Below, in pieces: positions 23,078 to 34,278 of a DNA stretch of 34,278 nt. Each line of letters begins with the position of its first letter. The first letter of the stretch is position 1. Position numbers and translations under genes: made by a program. The notes under the pieces were generated by a model that did no database searches, had not been told where the DNA came from, and was given only the letters and a program-made list of their open reading frames with translations. The stretch spans positions 1 to 34,278 of the forward strand of contig JBHGNT010000332.1 of the NCBI GenBank assembly GCA_043228905.1, written 5' to 3'. Origin of the DNA: Azolla caroliniana. Lineage: Eukaryota > Plantae > Polypodiophyta.

Positions 23078-23503
23078 TGTTAAAGATTGCTTGCGGAAGC
23101 GTTAGAAAGAACAATACACAAAGAGAGAGAGAGAGAGTACGCGGGAGTGACAGAGAGAGGGAGAGCAGGACACTATTTTTCGAAATTATATGAATACTCT
23201 ATGCTCTCTGTATCTACAACGCGCTCATCAGCGCTATTTATACAAGTCCACACGGGATTGTTAGAAGTACGGTGTACTTCAATGCTCACACGAGCATCTG
23301 ACACTAACTACGAGACTATAACTGGCTAGTAGTCTAACCTATACTAGGCTTCCGATTACGGATTGGATCCGGCATACCGGCTCCCGAGCTCACCGGTCCT
23401 TATTGCTTACCGGCTCAGTTGCTCACCGGCATACCGATTCATCTCACTTACCGGCTCAGGCTTATTAAGCCGATCCGGCTCTAGTTGAGCTTGCCGCTCA
23501 ACA
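23078..23503 (-). repeat. 3' LTR of copia B, preceded on the minus strand by the PPT (23504-23515)
   Basis: tgttaaagattgc...cgctcaaca followed by ctccccctcaag; about 21 substitutions and 2 indels versus the other LTR by manual count. Confidence 0.96.
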
Positions 23504-23845
23504 CTCCCCCTCAAGCTCAATCTGAGGTAGGGTCGTAGCGTGAACCTCTGTGGCAGCCGGTTCTTCCAACCGACTTCTCCTGGCGTCGCTTCACCTTGCT
23601 CGCGTTCCTTGTCCGGTCCGGTCGCGTTTGCCGCGACCCCTTTGGTTCTGCGCGCCTCGACCTTCGGCATGTCTACTCAATAGGCCCATCTCAGCTCCTT
23701 CGCTGCTATGACTCCGACACTTGCCGATCCGTCGGTTCCTCCGTGATGGCATCGACTTCCACTACGTCTGTGTCTCCTTGGCCTCTCGTTGATCCGACTC
23801 ATCCGGATCCGTCTTTTGATCCGAGTCGGTTGTCTCCGACTCGTT

Positions 23846-26266
23846 CTAGCTCTTGTCCGAATCAGTATCCTCCGATTCGATTTTCGGCTTCAGGCCTCTC
23901 ACCACATCGGACCACGTCCAGGTCTTGGCCTTCTCCGTGCTTCCCTTGGCTTCTTCAGCCGGTTCACCGAAGTCGAATTCTTCATTCGACTCCGCATCAT
24001 GGCCATTACAATCGTGATGACCTCCGCATAGCATGCACTTCTTTTCCTGAGTGTAGACGTCTTTTTCACAGCCGCTCACTCCGACCTGTTCGGATGTGCC
24101 GACTTCCTTCGTCGACTCGGCTTCATTTTTCTTCTTGTCTCCACCTCTACTGGTTCTTCTCTTACCTACGGGTTCAACAGTTTTTTTGCCTTTGCCCGTT
24201 TCGGTAGTGTCTTTACCCTTGCGTCTCCCCCTCAAGTGCGACACGTCGAGATGCTGAACACCAAGCATTTCGGTAAAGTGCTGCAACTTGTCCGACCCGA
24301 GCGACTTGGTGAAGATGTCGGCAACTTGCCGATCCATGTGAACATACCGTAGTTCAACTTCACCGCTCAGGACCCGCTCACGCACGAAGTGATAATGCAC
24401 TTCTATGTGCTTTGTGCGAGCATGGAACACAGGGTTTTTGGCGAGTTGCATGCTGCTGAGGTTATCGCAGTAGATCAGGATCGGGGTCGGTACCTCGATC
24501 CGCAAGTCTTGCAGTAGTCGCCGAAGCCAAATGGCTTCGTAGGTGGCAACGGTCGCGCCCCGGTATTCAACCTCAGTACTAGATAGAGCCATTGTTGGCT
24601 GCTTTTTGCTGCTCCACGCAACAGCCGCGCTCCCAAGAGAGAACATAAAGCTGGAAGTTGAGCGACGATCCGTTGCATCGCCAACCCAGTCGGCATCCGT
24701 GTAGCCGACAAACTCTTCGGTTATACCTTGCCGGTATAAGAGCGCCCGGTCCTTAGTGCCGCTTACATACCTCAGTATTCGTTGCACGCACTGAAGGTGC
24801 TCCACGGTCGGCTTTTGCATGAATTGGCTTACCACTCCGACCGGATAGCTAATGTCGGGTCGGGTGATGGTCCAGTAGATCAGGCTTCCGACTATTTGTC
24901 GGAACCTTTTCTCATCACAGGCTGGTCCGGAGTTGGGACGGATCTTCTGATTCCTGTCCAGGGGTGTGGAGACAGGTCGGCATTCTGTCATGCCGAACTT
25001 GTACAGTATATTCAACACATAATGGCGTTGAGAAAGCAATATGCCGTCGGGGGTGCGGATCACCTCGATCCCCAAAAAATAATGAAGGTCCCCCAAGTCC
25101 TTCATATCGAATGCGTCCGACAACTGGGACTTGACGCGGTTGATTTCCGGAAGACTTGGGCCGGTGATGACTAAATCATCAACATAGAGTAAGATACATA
25201 CCAGACCGTTTGAGCCTTGACGGATGAACAGGGAAGAGTCCGACTTAGAGGCACCAAACCCCATCTTTCGCAACCAGTTCGTGATCTTAGCATTCCAAGC
25301 ACGGGGGGCTTGCTTCAAGCCGTACAACGACTTCCTCAGTCGGCATATTGCCGACTTGTTCACCTCCAACTGAAATCCGGGGGGCTGAGTCATAAAGACT
25401 TCTTCTTCAAGATCTCCTTGAAGGAAGGCATTCTTCACATCCATCTGATGAAGATGCCACCCCCTTGCCGCAACAACCGCCAGTACCACACGAACCGTCG
25501 TCATCTTCTCTATAGGAGCGAAGGTCTCGTCGTAGTCGATTCTGTGGGTCTGCGCATATCCCTTCGCCACTAATCGGGCCTTGTACCGGTTAGTTGTACC
25601 GTCGACATTTGATCTTCCTCTCTGATTCCCCTTCCACCATCTTCTGGAGGCTCCGAAAACACTCGAAGACTTCGCTCTTCCGCTCAATGAGGTAGATCGA
25701 CGTATGCCGCATGTAGTCGTCCATGAAGGAGACGAAATATCGACTCCCGCCAATGCTAACATTTTGTGCCGGTCCCCACACATCCGAATGGATAAGCTTC
25801 GATTTCTTTCGGTGGGGAATGGAAGCCGGTGTTGCTTCCCGAGTTGGCAGGCTTCAAAAATCTGGGCTCTCTGGCCGCTAAACTTCGGCAAACCGAAAAC
25901 GACTTGTTCCGTTTGCATGTCTTGAAGCCTCCGGTAGTTGATGTGGCCGATCCGCTTGTGCCACAGGTCGATATCTGACTCGACCTTCTGTCCTTTGGTG
26001 AACAGTGCGGTGCCGACGTCATTGGTGTTGAGGATAAACATCCTCCCATCTCTGCGCCCTTGCGCAATAACTTCGCCCTCATCCTCAATGAAGCACCTAA
26101 GGTGCGTAAACCGCACCTGCATCCCGTGGTCGACGATCTGTCCGACCGACACCAGGTTCTTCGTGATCGTCGGAACATGTAATACATTCATCAGCTTCCC
26201 CCTCTGTCTGACGTGGCTCAAAGGGACTTCTCCGACGTGCATGATCGGGTGGGGAGTGTCGTCTCC
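23846..26266 (-). pseudogene. pol: Copia B pol remnant: GAG-pre-integrase/HHCC region, truncated integrase, RT, RNase H and Lys/Glu-rich tail
   Basis: LWHKRIGH, YKARLVAKG, QMDVKNAFL, KSLYGLKQAPRAW, LYVDDL, YTDADW, RTKHIEVHYHF. The integrase core joins directly to RT near 25605; protease is absent. Confidence 0.93.
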
Positions 26267-26825
26267 GGTTTGGATCGAGAGGGGTTGATATAGGTTTCAC
26301 TTTGTCATCCCAAACTTGTATAGCAAGTTGAGGATGTAGTTTTGTTGGGAGATCATGATCTCGACGAGTGTCTGAATTACTTCTATATCGAGGAAGTAAT
26401 GGGGCTCCTACATGTCATTCATTTCAAATTTGCCGGGCAGGAGGGATTTGACCTTGTTGATGTCAAGACATACATTTTGGCCTTACAAGGATTCGAGCCC
26501 AAGACGTCTTGGTCTATATGTTAGACCTTTAACCATTATAATAACATATATGATGTATAGTTATAATAAATGTATTATTAGTTATTCCAAGATATTTAGA
26601 GTATTCTAGAACATTCTAGAGTATTCTAGAACATTCTAGGATATTCCATGATTATATTAAATAACTAAAATATTCTAGAACATTCTAGAATACTCCATAA
26701 GGACCTATAAATAGGTGTCTATTAATTCATCACAACTCATTTGGTTCAACACCAGTTTGTAGCCCCTTAGCCTACTCTTTGTAATCCTTGCTCTCTTATA
26801 ATATAACTCTCTTTCCAGTTCTAGT

Positions 26826-26923
<98 letters not shown>

Positions 26924-27058
26924 CTATTGTCATCTTATCTTTCTCTCTCCTATTCTCAAGTCTCGACAATTTATACCGCATATCTCTCTTTTCTTCTTCT
27001 CCAACTTCTTCTTATCTTAACCTTATTCAAGCAAATCTAGCAATTTTCTCTTGCAACT

Positions 27059-28177
27059 ATGGAGTTCGTCAACAAGCAAGAATAGGTGCGTGTTGTCTCC
27101 AAGCTCGACATGCTAACAACCAAATTTGTGGCACTGGAGCATGAAAATCAAAGATTGTTGGGAGACCTACAACAAGTAAGTGTTGAGAAAGTACAACAAT
27201 ATGAAGATTTATCTCAACGGGTGCATCAAGTGGAGATGACTCTATTGCAACGACAAGCGGTGGAAGTTCAAACCTCGCCGAAGGAACCCAAGATTAGTCT
27301 GCTAGCCAAGTTTGATGGTACAAGGTCTCAATTTCGTGGATTTTTAAATAAGGTACGGCTTGTGATTAAATTGCATCCTAGCCATTACCCAATTGATGTT
27401 GCTCGTGTGGGACTAGTTGGTACCTTGTTAACGGGTCCCGCATTAGCGTGGTTTGCACCACTTCTAGAGAAGCACTCACCATTTCTAGAAGATTTTGAAG
27501 GGTTTATTAATGAGTTCCAAGCCAACTTTAGAGACACTGATAGTATGAGGACTGCAATAAACAAAATTCGACGATTCCGACAATGAGATCGTCCTACTTC
27601 CTCTTATGCTGCAGGTTTTCGCCTTCTAGAATATGATATTCCATGGGACGAGGCGGCATTAATCGACCAATTTTGTCAAGGTGTGCGCAATGATGTGAAG
27701 GATTTACTTCTTACCTTCCATGATGATCCAAAATCTCTTCCTGAAGTAGTAAGTTGGGCCGTGCGATGTGACAATCGCTTATTTGAGCGGCATTCTGCGC
27801 GCCAACAAATGTTACGCTTCCGACCAACAGAAACATATGCTTCGGTGGTCGCAATTCCACCCCAAGTATCAAAGTCAAGTGTGGTGGAAGGCCCTACTCC
27901 AATGGAGATCGAGACAACATGACATCGAGGACCATTATTGGATGCTGAAAAGCAACGACGACGATCAAATCGTCTATGCCTCTATTGTGGTGGTCCAAGG
28001 CATATTGTTGTGAATTGTCCACATAAACCACGACGACAAGTTAACCAAGTAAGTGCTCATGACAATCCCATCTCAATTTCTGCCCCGCCTTCTCGTAACC
28101 CAAGTAGGCCTAGTAGTCCCTGTCATAAAAATACATTTGATGTCTTGAGCCAATTAGATGATGTGTTAAACGAGTAA
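27059..28177 (+). pseudogene. gag: Ty3/gypsy Gag, copy 2
   Basis: Same motifs as 9800-10918; three stops (27083, 27584, 27920) are shared with copy 1. Confidence 0.9.
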
Positions 28178-28241
28178 GTCCAGCCAAAATCGGAGCCATT
28201 TGGTTGGACAACCCTAGGCATGTAACGTCCGTCCCTAGTTG

Positions 28242-28285
28242 TGGTTCCATTGCTGGAGATGAACCCGGGTCTCTCGGGTGAGAGC
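28242..28285 (-). tRNA. 3' half of mature tRNA-Glu(CTC) with CCA (fragment, copy 2)
   Basis: Identical to 10983-11026. Confidence 0.85.
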
Positions 28286-29305
28286 AAGGATTACAAAGAG
28301 TAGGCTAAGGGGCTACAAACTGGTGTTGAACCGAATGAGTTGTGATGAATGAATAGACACCTATTTATAGGTCCTTATGAAGTATTCTAGAATGTTCTAG
28401 AATATTTATGATATTTATGATATTTAATATAATCATGGAATATCCTAGAATGTTCTAGAATACTCTAAAAATCTTGTGATAACTAATAATACATTTATTA
28501 TAACAATACATCATATATGTTATTATAATGGTTAAAGGTCTAACATATAGACCAAGACGTCTTGGGCTCGAATCCTTGTAAGGCCAAAATGTATGTCTTC
28601 ATGACAGTCGATATCGGTTATATTCTCCTCTCCGATGACTAGATCATCCACGTACAGGATGATGACAATCGAGTGTTTATCTTACCAGGACTAGCCGTAA
28701 ACATAGGGTGTCATATTCGGAACACGTCTCCAAACAGGTGGATAGGGTGTCATATTCGAAACACGTCTCCAAAGGGGTGGTTGGGATATGGATGAATATC
28801 AGGGGTGGTTGGGATATGGATGAATATCCGGTACTGATTCGACAAGTTATACGTAACACTCCAGCTACTACCGTATTGCCTTTCAGACCGCTTAATATGT
28901 ATTCGATTCTTAATTACACGCGTATGATTAATAGTTACAACATAGACAACAAGTACACAAAGGAGACGATAAGGTTATCAACAAAGCACACTTAACTTGT
29001 ATTACTTCCGTAAGATTTAAACATCGATCCGGATCCTTTTATAGGCATCCAATATAGATTCCAAAACGGTGCCTTACCGGCTACCGGCTACTTAATCGGT
29101 GCGGATCCGGATTGGTACAACTATTCGGATTCTTCATTTCCCTAATATTTACATAATATTCATCTGTTCCAACTCTTTCCTCGTCCACACTTCTCCTCCA
29201 AATTATACTCTAAAGACCAACACCTTCTCTCTATGTTCTCTCACTACAACCACCTCTTGGAAAGGAAGTGGAGACTAAACTACCTAGTAACTATGTGTCA
29301 TAGGA

Positions 29306-30270
29306 TTTGTGCTTCATCACCATGGATGGCCCCTTACCGTTCTTGGATCCTCCCGATCTGTTTGCGTAGTGCGAGCTTTGCCATCCTTCCTTACCGGTCT
29401 TGCCGATCCGGATTTGTCCGTATCGGCACGCTTTCTCCAGCACTCGCTTTCCATGTGGCCCTTTTATGCCACAGTACCAACATTCCATAGCAGATTTGTC
29501 TTGCTGGCCTCCGGCACCACCTTGTCTCCCTCTGCTTGTGGAAGTCCCGGAACTGTTGTCGACACGCTCATTGTGCCTTTGTTCCTGCTCTTTCCGGCCG
29601 GCTCCATTGCGTGCCGACCTGCCTCGTCCACCACGCCCGCGAGACCGATCCGCTCCCGTGTACAACATCCGACTGTTTGGGGATGCACTGGTAGATGCAT
29701 CGGCGTGGTTCTCCTCTACAAGGAGCATCGACTGTAATTCTAAAAATGAGGGCGTATTCTCCCTTGTACAAACCGCAGTCCGGAAAGCTCCGAACTTGGA
29801 CGCCAGGCCTCCAAGACAGACCTGCACCATCTCGTCTTCCTCTACAGTGACGTTAATATAGGCAAGCGAGTCAAAGATCCCTTTGATCCGGGATGTGTAA
29901 TCTGCCACCAACATGTTCTTTTGTCGAACATTGTTCAACTCCTGTCTGAGTTGCAGCTTTCGGGCAATGGTGCTTGCGGCGAAGACCTTTTCAAGTTTCC
30001 CCAAGCATCCTTCGGTGTCTTGACGTCACGGATATGGCTGAGCAGCTGGTCACCGACACTGGACGCGAAGCAGTACATCACCCTGCTTGCCGCCTGTTCC
30101 CACACTAGGAAGTCCTTGTGTGTCGTCTCCGGTGCTAAGTCGTTCACTCCGTCGATATAACTCCAGTAGCCATGCCCAAGCAGGTACTGGTGCATCTTGT
30201 ATGACAAAGATGCGTAGTTGGTTTTGTCGAGCTTCTCCACCGAGAGCGACGTAACCATACCTCTGTCCAT
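29306..30270 (-). pseudogene. gag: Copia B gag (UBN2-type) with frameshifts
   Basis: MDRGMVTSLSVEKLDKTNYAS..YKMHQYLLGHGYWSYIDG, frameshift near 30000, ARKLQLRQELNNVRQ, and a disrupted CWYCG zinc knuckle. Confidence 0.9.
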
Positions 30271-30353
30271 TTCTCCTTTTGTGTCTGTTTTCTGATCTGT
30301 TAGGGTTTCCTTCACAAGCGTAGATGTCTGCAGTAGAGATTCTCAACCCACGT

Positions 30354-30365
30354 GCTCTGATACCA
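30354..30365 (-). promoter_or_regulatory. Primer-binding site for initiator tRNA-Met
   Basis: Minus strand TGGTATCAGAGC immediately inside the 5' LTR. Confidence 0.95.
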
Positions 30366-30789
30366 TGTTAAAGATTGCTTGCGGAAGCGTTAGAAAGAAC
30401 AATACACAAAGAGAGAGAGAGTACGCGGGAGAGACAGAGAGAGGGAGAGCAGGACACACTATTTTTCGAAATTATATGAATACTCTGTGCTCTTTGTATC
30501 TACAACGCGTTCATCAGCGCTATTTATACAAGTCCACACGGGACTGTTAGAAGTACGATGTACTTCAATGCTCACACGAGCATCTGACACTAACGACGAG
30601 ACTATAACTGGCTAGTAGTCTAACCTATACTAGGCTTCCGGTTACGGATTGGATCCGGCATACCGGCTCCCCAGCTCACCGGTCCTTACTACTTACTGAC
30701 TCGGTTGCTCACCGGCATACCGATTCATCTCGCTTACCGGCTCAGGCTTATTCAGTCGATCCGGCTCCGGTTGAGTTTGCCGCTCAACA
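30366..30789 (-). repeat. 5' LTR of copia B
   Basis: Direct repeat of 23078-23503, adjacent to the PBS and TSD. Confidence 0.96.
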
Positions 30790-32411
30790 AAATTAAAACC
30801 TAAACATTTATTAATAAGTCAAACCAAAGCAAACCATTTAATTATTTTAGAACTAATAAACCATTAAAGCATGGCTTAACAGTTCGGTTCAAGGTGAAAG
30901 TTTGATTCAACCCATAACTACCAATTGCATAATATTGAAAGTTTGATTCTACCCTTGTTTAATTCTTCAACACTCTCTCATTTGTTTCCCTCTACCACCT
31001 CTTCCGCATAGGCATATTGTTATGCCATATAATTTCCGTACAAAAGACTTTAAATATGGATGACATCTAACGTGTTTCCATTGAAAATCAACGTTTGGTC
31101 TATGAAAGATTCTAGTGATTGGAGTTAGTTCCCAAGTTGGTTTGCATCACAACATTGGAATTGTTGTTAGGAGGTGAATCAGCTACTTACGTTACTAGAT
31201 GGGATGTCAATTTGACGAGAGGTAGAAAGTAATGGTGTAAACCCTCATGGATGGGGTGATACTAGGTGAGATTGGTTATCTTTGAGAGTAGGAGAAGTAG
31301 TTGAGTACAATCAATACTGTTAGTGATAGGCGGCATAGTCAAGTGGGTGAAGGGTTGGTTTCTGGTGGCCATCGCACTGCAATTACCTTTTACTGTGATT
31401 AGTTCAACTTCTTCAATGGTCACCCAAGTGTTATACGACCCACTTGGGTAGATGCTTTTGGTGAGTGTTGTTTTGATTACAATAATAACACAATACTCAC
31501 ATGCACTACAACATGGTTAGGCTACCGAAGGAAATACATTGTCAGCTCATATCACTATATATTTAGCACTTCCTTGAGCTTCCCATGTTCAACTAGTTAC
31601 TTACCCTATTAACATAGTAGTCTTACCTCGATAGGATATAGAGTCCCAACAGATCTTGCATCCGCCCCAAAGGGTTGTACACAAACACTTACAAACATCA
31701 ATTTGTAACTCGCAAGTTTCAAATTTATGTGTCATTCATGCACATTGCTCATAATTTTGATTGTTACACTAAGGAACTAAGAACAAGCGAATAAAGATGA
31801 GGGCATAGAGAGGAATGAAAAGGAGAAAATGTTATGTCTTTATAATTATAATTTTTGTTGTACAAGGATCATTGTTAGGAAAAACACACCTTTACACATC
31901 GATGTTTATATGTTTTGGGCAAGTTGCCATTGAGCCATAAGGTCACATCTTGATGAATGATCATGGTCTAGAGAGAGGGAGGGAGGGAGAGAACACTAGA
32001 GAGTTTATAATACATAACTCTAATCATGGATGGTGGTAGATATTAAAACATAGTTGGCATTCTAAATCACTAGTTGTAGTAAAAGTCTTCATTTGGAGAG
32101 TTTTGATTGAGGCTCTAAAGCGACGTGGACTAGCAATGGGCAATTGCTTTTTTTGCACTATTTAAAATGGAAGATCATTACACTCATCGTTACATACAAT
32201 GTTTGATTACTTGTCAGATTTGGGCGTTATATTTCTTAAATGTGGCAAGTTTTATCACGTTGTTATTTGATGTCTAACCAATCGGTGTTTGCACAATTTG
32301 CACAGCTTGACCGAAAATCAAATATGGAGATCGTTTTTCCTATTTATGAGGTATTGGGGATTGCGTTATAGTTGGGATATGCATAATGCTTTTGTATTTG
32401 ATAATAGGCAT

Positions 32412-32606
32412 GGAGTGAAAGCATATTGACAAAAGTCGAAGGCAGTACTAATGTGGTAATTTACTTTATTGGAAGAAATGGAGTGAAAGCATATCTACTT
32501 GAAGGGACTACCAATGTGACAATTTTCTTTATTGGAAGAAGTGGAGTGAGGGCATATTTCCAAAAAGTTGAAGGGAGTACTAATGTGACAATTTTCTTTA
32601 TTGGAA
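32412..32606. repeat. Degenerate 62-68 bp tandem repeat, 3 copies
   Basis: ggagtga..gcatat...gaagg...tac.aatgtg..aattt.ctttattggaa three times. Confidence 0.8.
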
Positions 32607-32834
32607 CTCGTGGGAATTGTTTCCTCAATAGAGTGTTCGACTTGCATATTGGCAATTCATGTTCCATGACACATGTAATTAGTTAGTAGGTGACAATACT
32701 CCATTCTCAGACTCATTGTATGTAGGGTTTTAGAGACACTAGTAATATAATTGTGGAGAGAGAGAGATAATTGCTTGTCTGCTCATATCTTCTTGGCTTT
32801 TTCTTATTTTTCTTTTGTTGTTGTTGTGAGGTAG

Positions 32835-33775
32835 ATAGGGGATAACGTGACCCAGGTGCGAGTCGGGCAACATGTGGTTCCATTCAGTGAGAGACCAAGG
32901 TTTGTGGCAAGAATACATTGTCCTCCCTGAGACATATGTGGTGCCCTATCTCCATTATGAGCTTATAATCTATTTGGAGGAGCCACACGTCATCCTGACG
33001 TATATAAATTTGAGTAGTTCATTCTTTTAGATATCTAATCTAATAATGCAATGTGCAAACCATCAACATTGTGAGGCGTAATGAAGCAAATTGAAGAGTT
33101 GAAAGCCTTGGGGGCCGATGAGGTGATCAACTCCAATGAAGGTGATGTGGTCGACAAGATTAGGAAAATAACTAAAGGGAGCTTTGGCATATGGAGCAAT
33201 TGACTGTGTAGGCGGAGAATTGACAAAGGTAAACGCATGAATGGGTTGATTGTGTACCCTTGATCATATATTTAATGCTAAACATAAATGCAATGTGACA
33301 ATATAAAGGGTAGAGTGTGTTGATGTTTGTTAATACCAGAGATAAAAGTGTGCCCAATGTTGGCTTATGCTTGTCACTACATTAGTTATTGAATCGGTCC
33401 AAGAGACGATGGTACCTCTTTCTTTCTTCACTGAATGCAGATATTGGAATATTTGACCTACTATTCTGTGGTGTCAAGCTCCACGGGTTCTTCTTGGGCA
33501 CATATCTGGCTCAACTCTCCCCTGGTGAAACTATTGATTTAGTTGGTCACACCATTAGCCTTTTAAGTGAGAGGGTGATAGATCCATTGATAGGAGTGAA
33601 ATACAGCTTAGATCAGGTCAAAGATGCAATTAAGAAATGCCTGGTTACACGTTGCCTCGCAATCCTCATGTCTCAAAACACTTTGTGTTTTCTTGAATTT
33701 TTCTAGTAATAAAATTGTGTTTGTTGGATGCACGAACTGCATCGTGATGGAAAAGTGCTCTTGCGGAGCGATTAA
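32835..33775 (+). pseudogene. Unprocessed pseudogene paralog of the MDR gene (remnants of exons 2, 4, 5 and 6)
   Basis: Homology to 19416-19545, 20127-20294, 20521-20793 and 20876-20917, including intron flanks. Exons 1 and 3 not found; frameshifts; acceptors mutated (caa at 33056-33058, cac at 33731-33733). Confidence 0.88.
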
Positions 33776-34278
33776 AGAATAGGAACTATTAGAAAATCCA
33801 TGATAGAATACTCTCAAGTTAAAAGTAGTTGTCAACATCGTTTATTGCACCATAACTTAATTTACCGCGAAATTTGAATCTTGAGCGTATTTTTGTTTAT
33901 GTAGAACTTTCCTCTGTAGATTCTCTTGAACTTTGGGACTTATTGTTGCTAATCACAAGAAAAACTATACCAAAGAACATACCTATGGTTGCAAAACATA
34001 CGTCAATAGATGTAATCTTGATCGTCCTTTAATTTGTTCCACATTAACCTTGATAACAATATATTGACGTAGGTGTGACAATATCTAAACTCATTGCCAG
34101 ATCATTGTGATTAATTCGAAAATGTTACAATTTATTGATAAGCCATACAAGTATATAGAATGCAAAGGTTATAAGGAATTATTATTGAAAGTTTTGCATA
34201 ATTCCTCTAGTTATATATGATTTTTTACGTATGAATGGATAGGAAACCATCCTACTGGTTGGATTGCTTCTTCTGTAT

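Larger units (their letters stand above)
26461..28606 (+). mobile_element. Gypsy gag-only element with inverted LTR ends and tRNA-Glu half (copy 2)
   Basis: LTR 26461-26968, gag 27059-28177, slippery site 28165-28171, inverted arm 28280-28606, flanks GTTGA and GTCGA. Confidence 0.92.
26267..29305. mobile_element. Module copy 2: copia A RT fragment, gypsy/tRNA inverted element and LTR-like segment, located between gag and pol of copia B
   Basis: Colinear with 9035-11951 plus 16133-16199. The left junction falls at ggtttg, which fits both copia B (QTGDDTPHPI frame) and the donor. Confidence 0.93.
23078..30789 (-). mobile_element. Ty1/copia LTR retrotransposon B: complete ends, internally deleted, carrying a 3-kb foreign module
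   Basis: TG..CA LTRs at 23078-23503 and 30366-30789; TSD AAATT at 23073-23077 and 30790-30794; PBS and PPT present; gag-int-RT-RH order on the minus strand. Confidence 0.97.

Noticed and set aside
23846-26242. 798-aa ORF as a functional polyprotein
   Set aside because: Protease is missing, integrase is mostly deleted and part of the ORF is out-of-frame sequence.
32426-32686. 86-aa ORF with repeated EGSTNVTIFFIG units
   Set aside because: It is the translation of a non-coding tandem repeat and has no ATG start.

Overview
Repeat-rich plant nuclear DNA; a non-seed plant such as a fern is a guess from the TE types. The window holds two apparently intact host genes: an intronless, uncharacterised 684-aa ORF (351-2405, minus) and a six-exon, 338-aa medium-chain dehydrogenase/reductase of the enoyl-reductase-like type (19050-20917, plus). 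A decayed duplicate of the latter lies at about 32835-33775. Between them are nested and chimeric LTR-retrotransposon remnants, including a structurally complete but defective Ty1/copia element (23078-30789, minus; LTR pair, tRNA-Met PBS, PPT, TSD AAATT). The most unusual object is a 2.1-kb Ty3/gypsy derivative (9229-11347, second copy 26461-28606, partial third 15177-15528). It consists of a 5' LTR, gag, a -1 frameshift signal, a 44-nt copy of the 3' half of a mature CCA-ending tRNA-Glu(CTC), and an INVERTED copy of the LTR U3/R. It starts TG, ends CA and sits in a 5-bp TSD inside a copia RT gene. Both arms carry perfect heat-shock elements and inward-facing TATA boxes. The unit was later copied along with its host flanks as part of a ~3-kb module.
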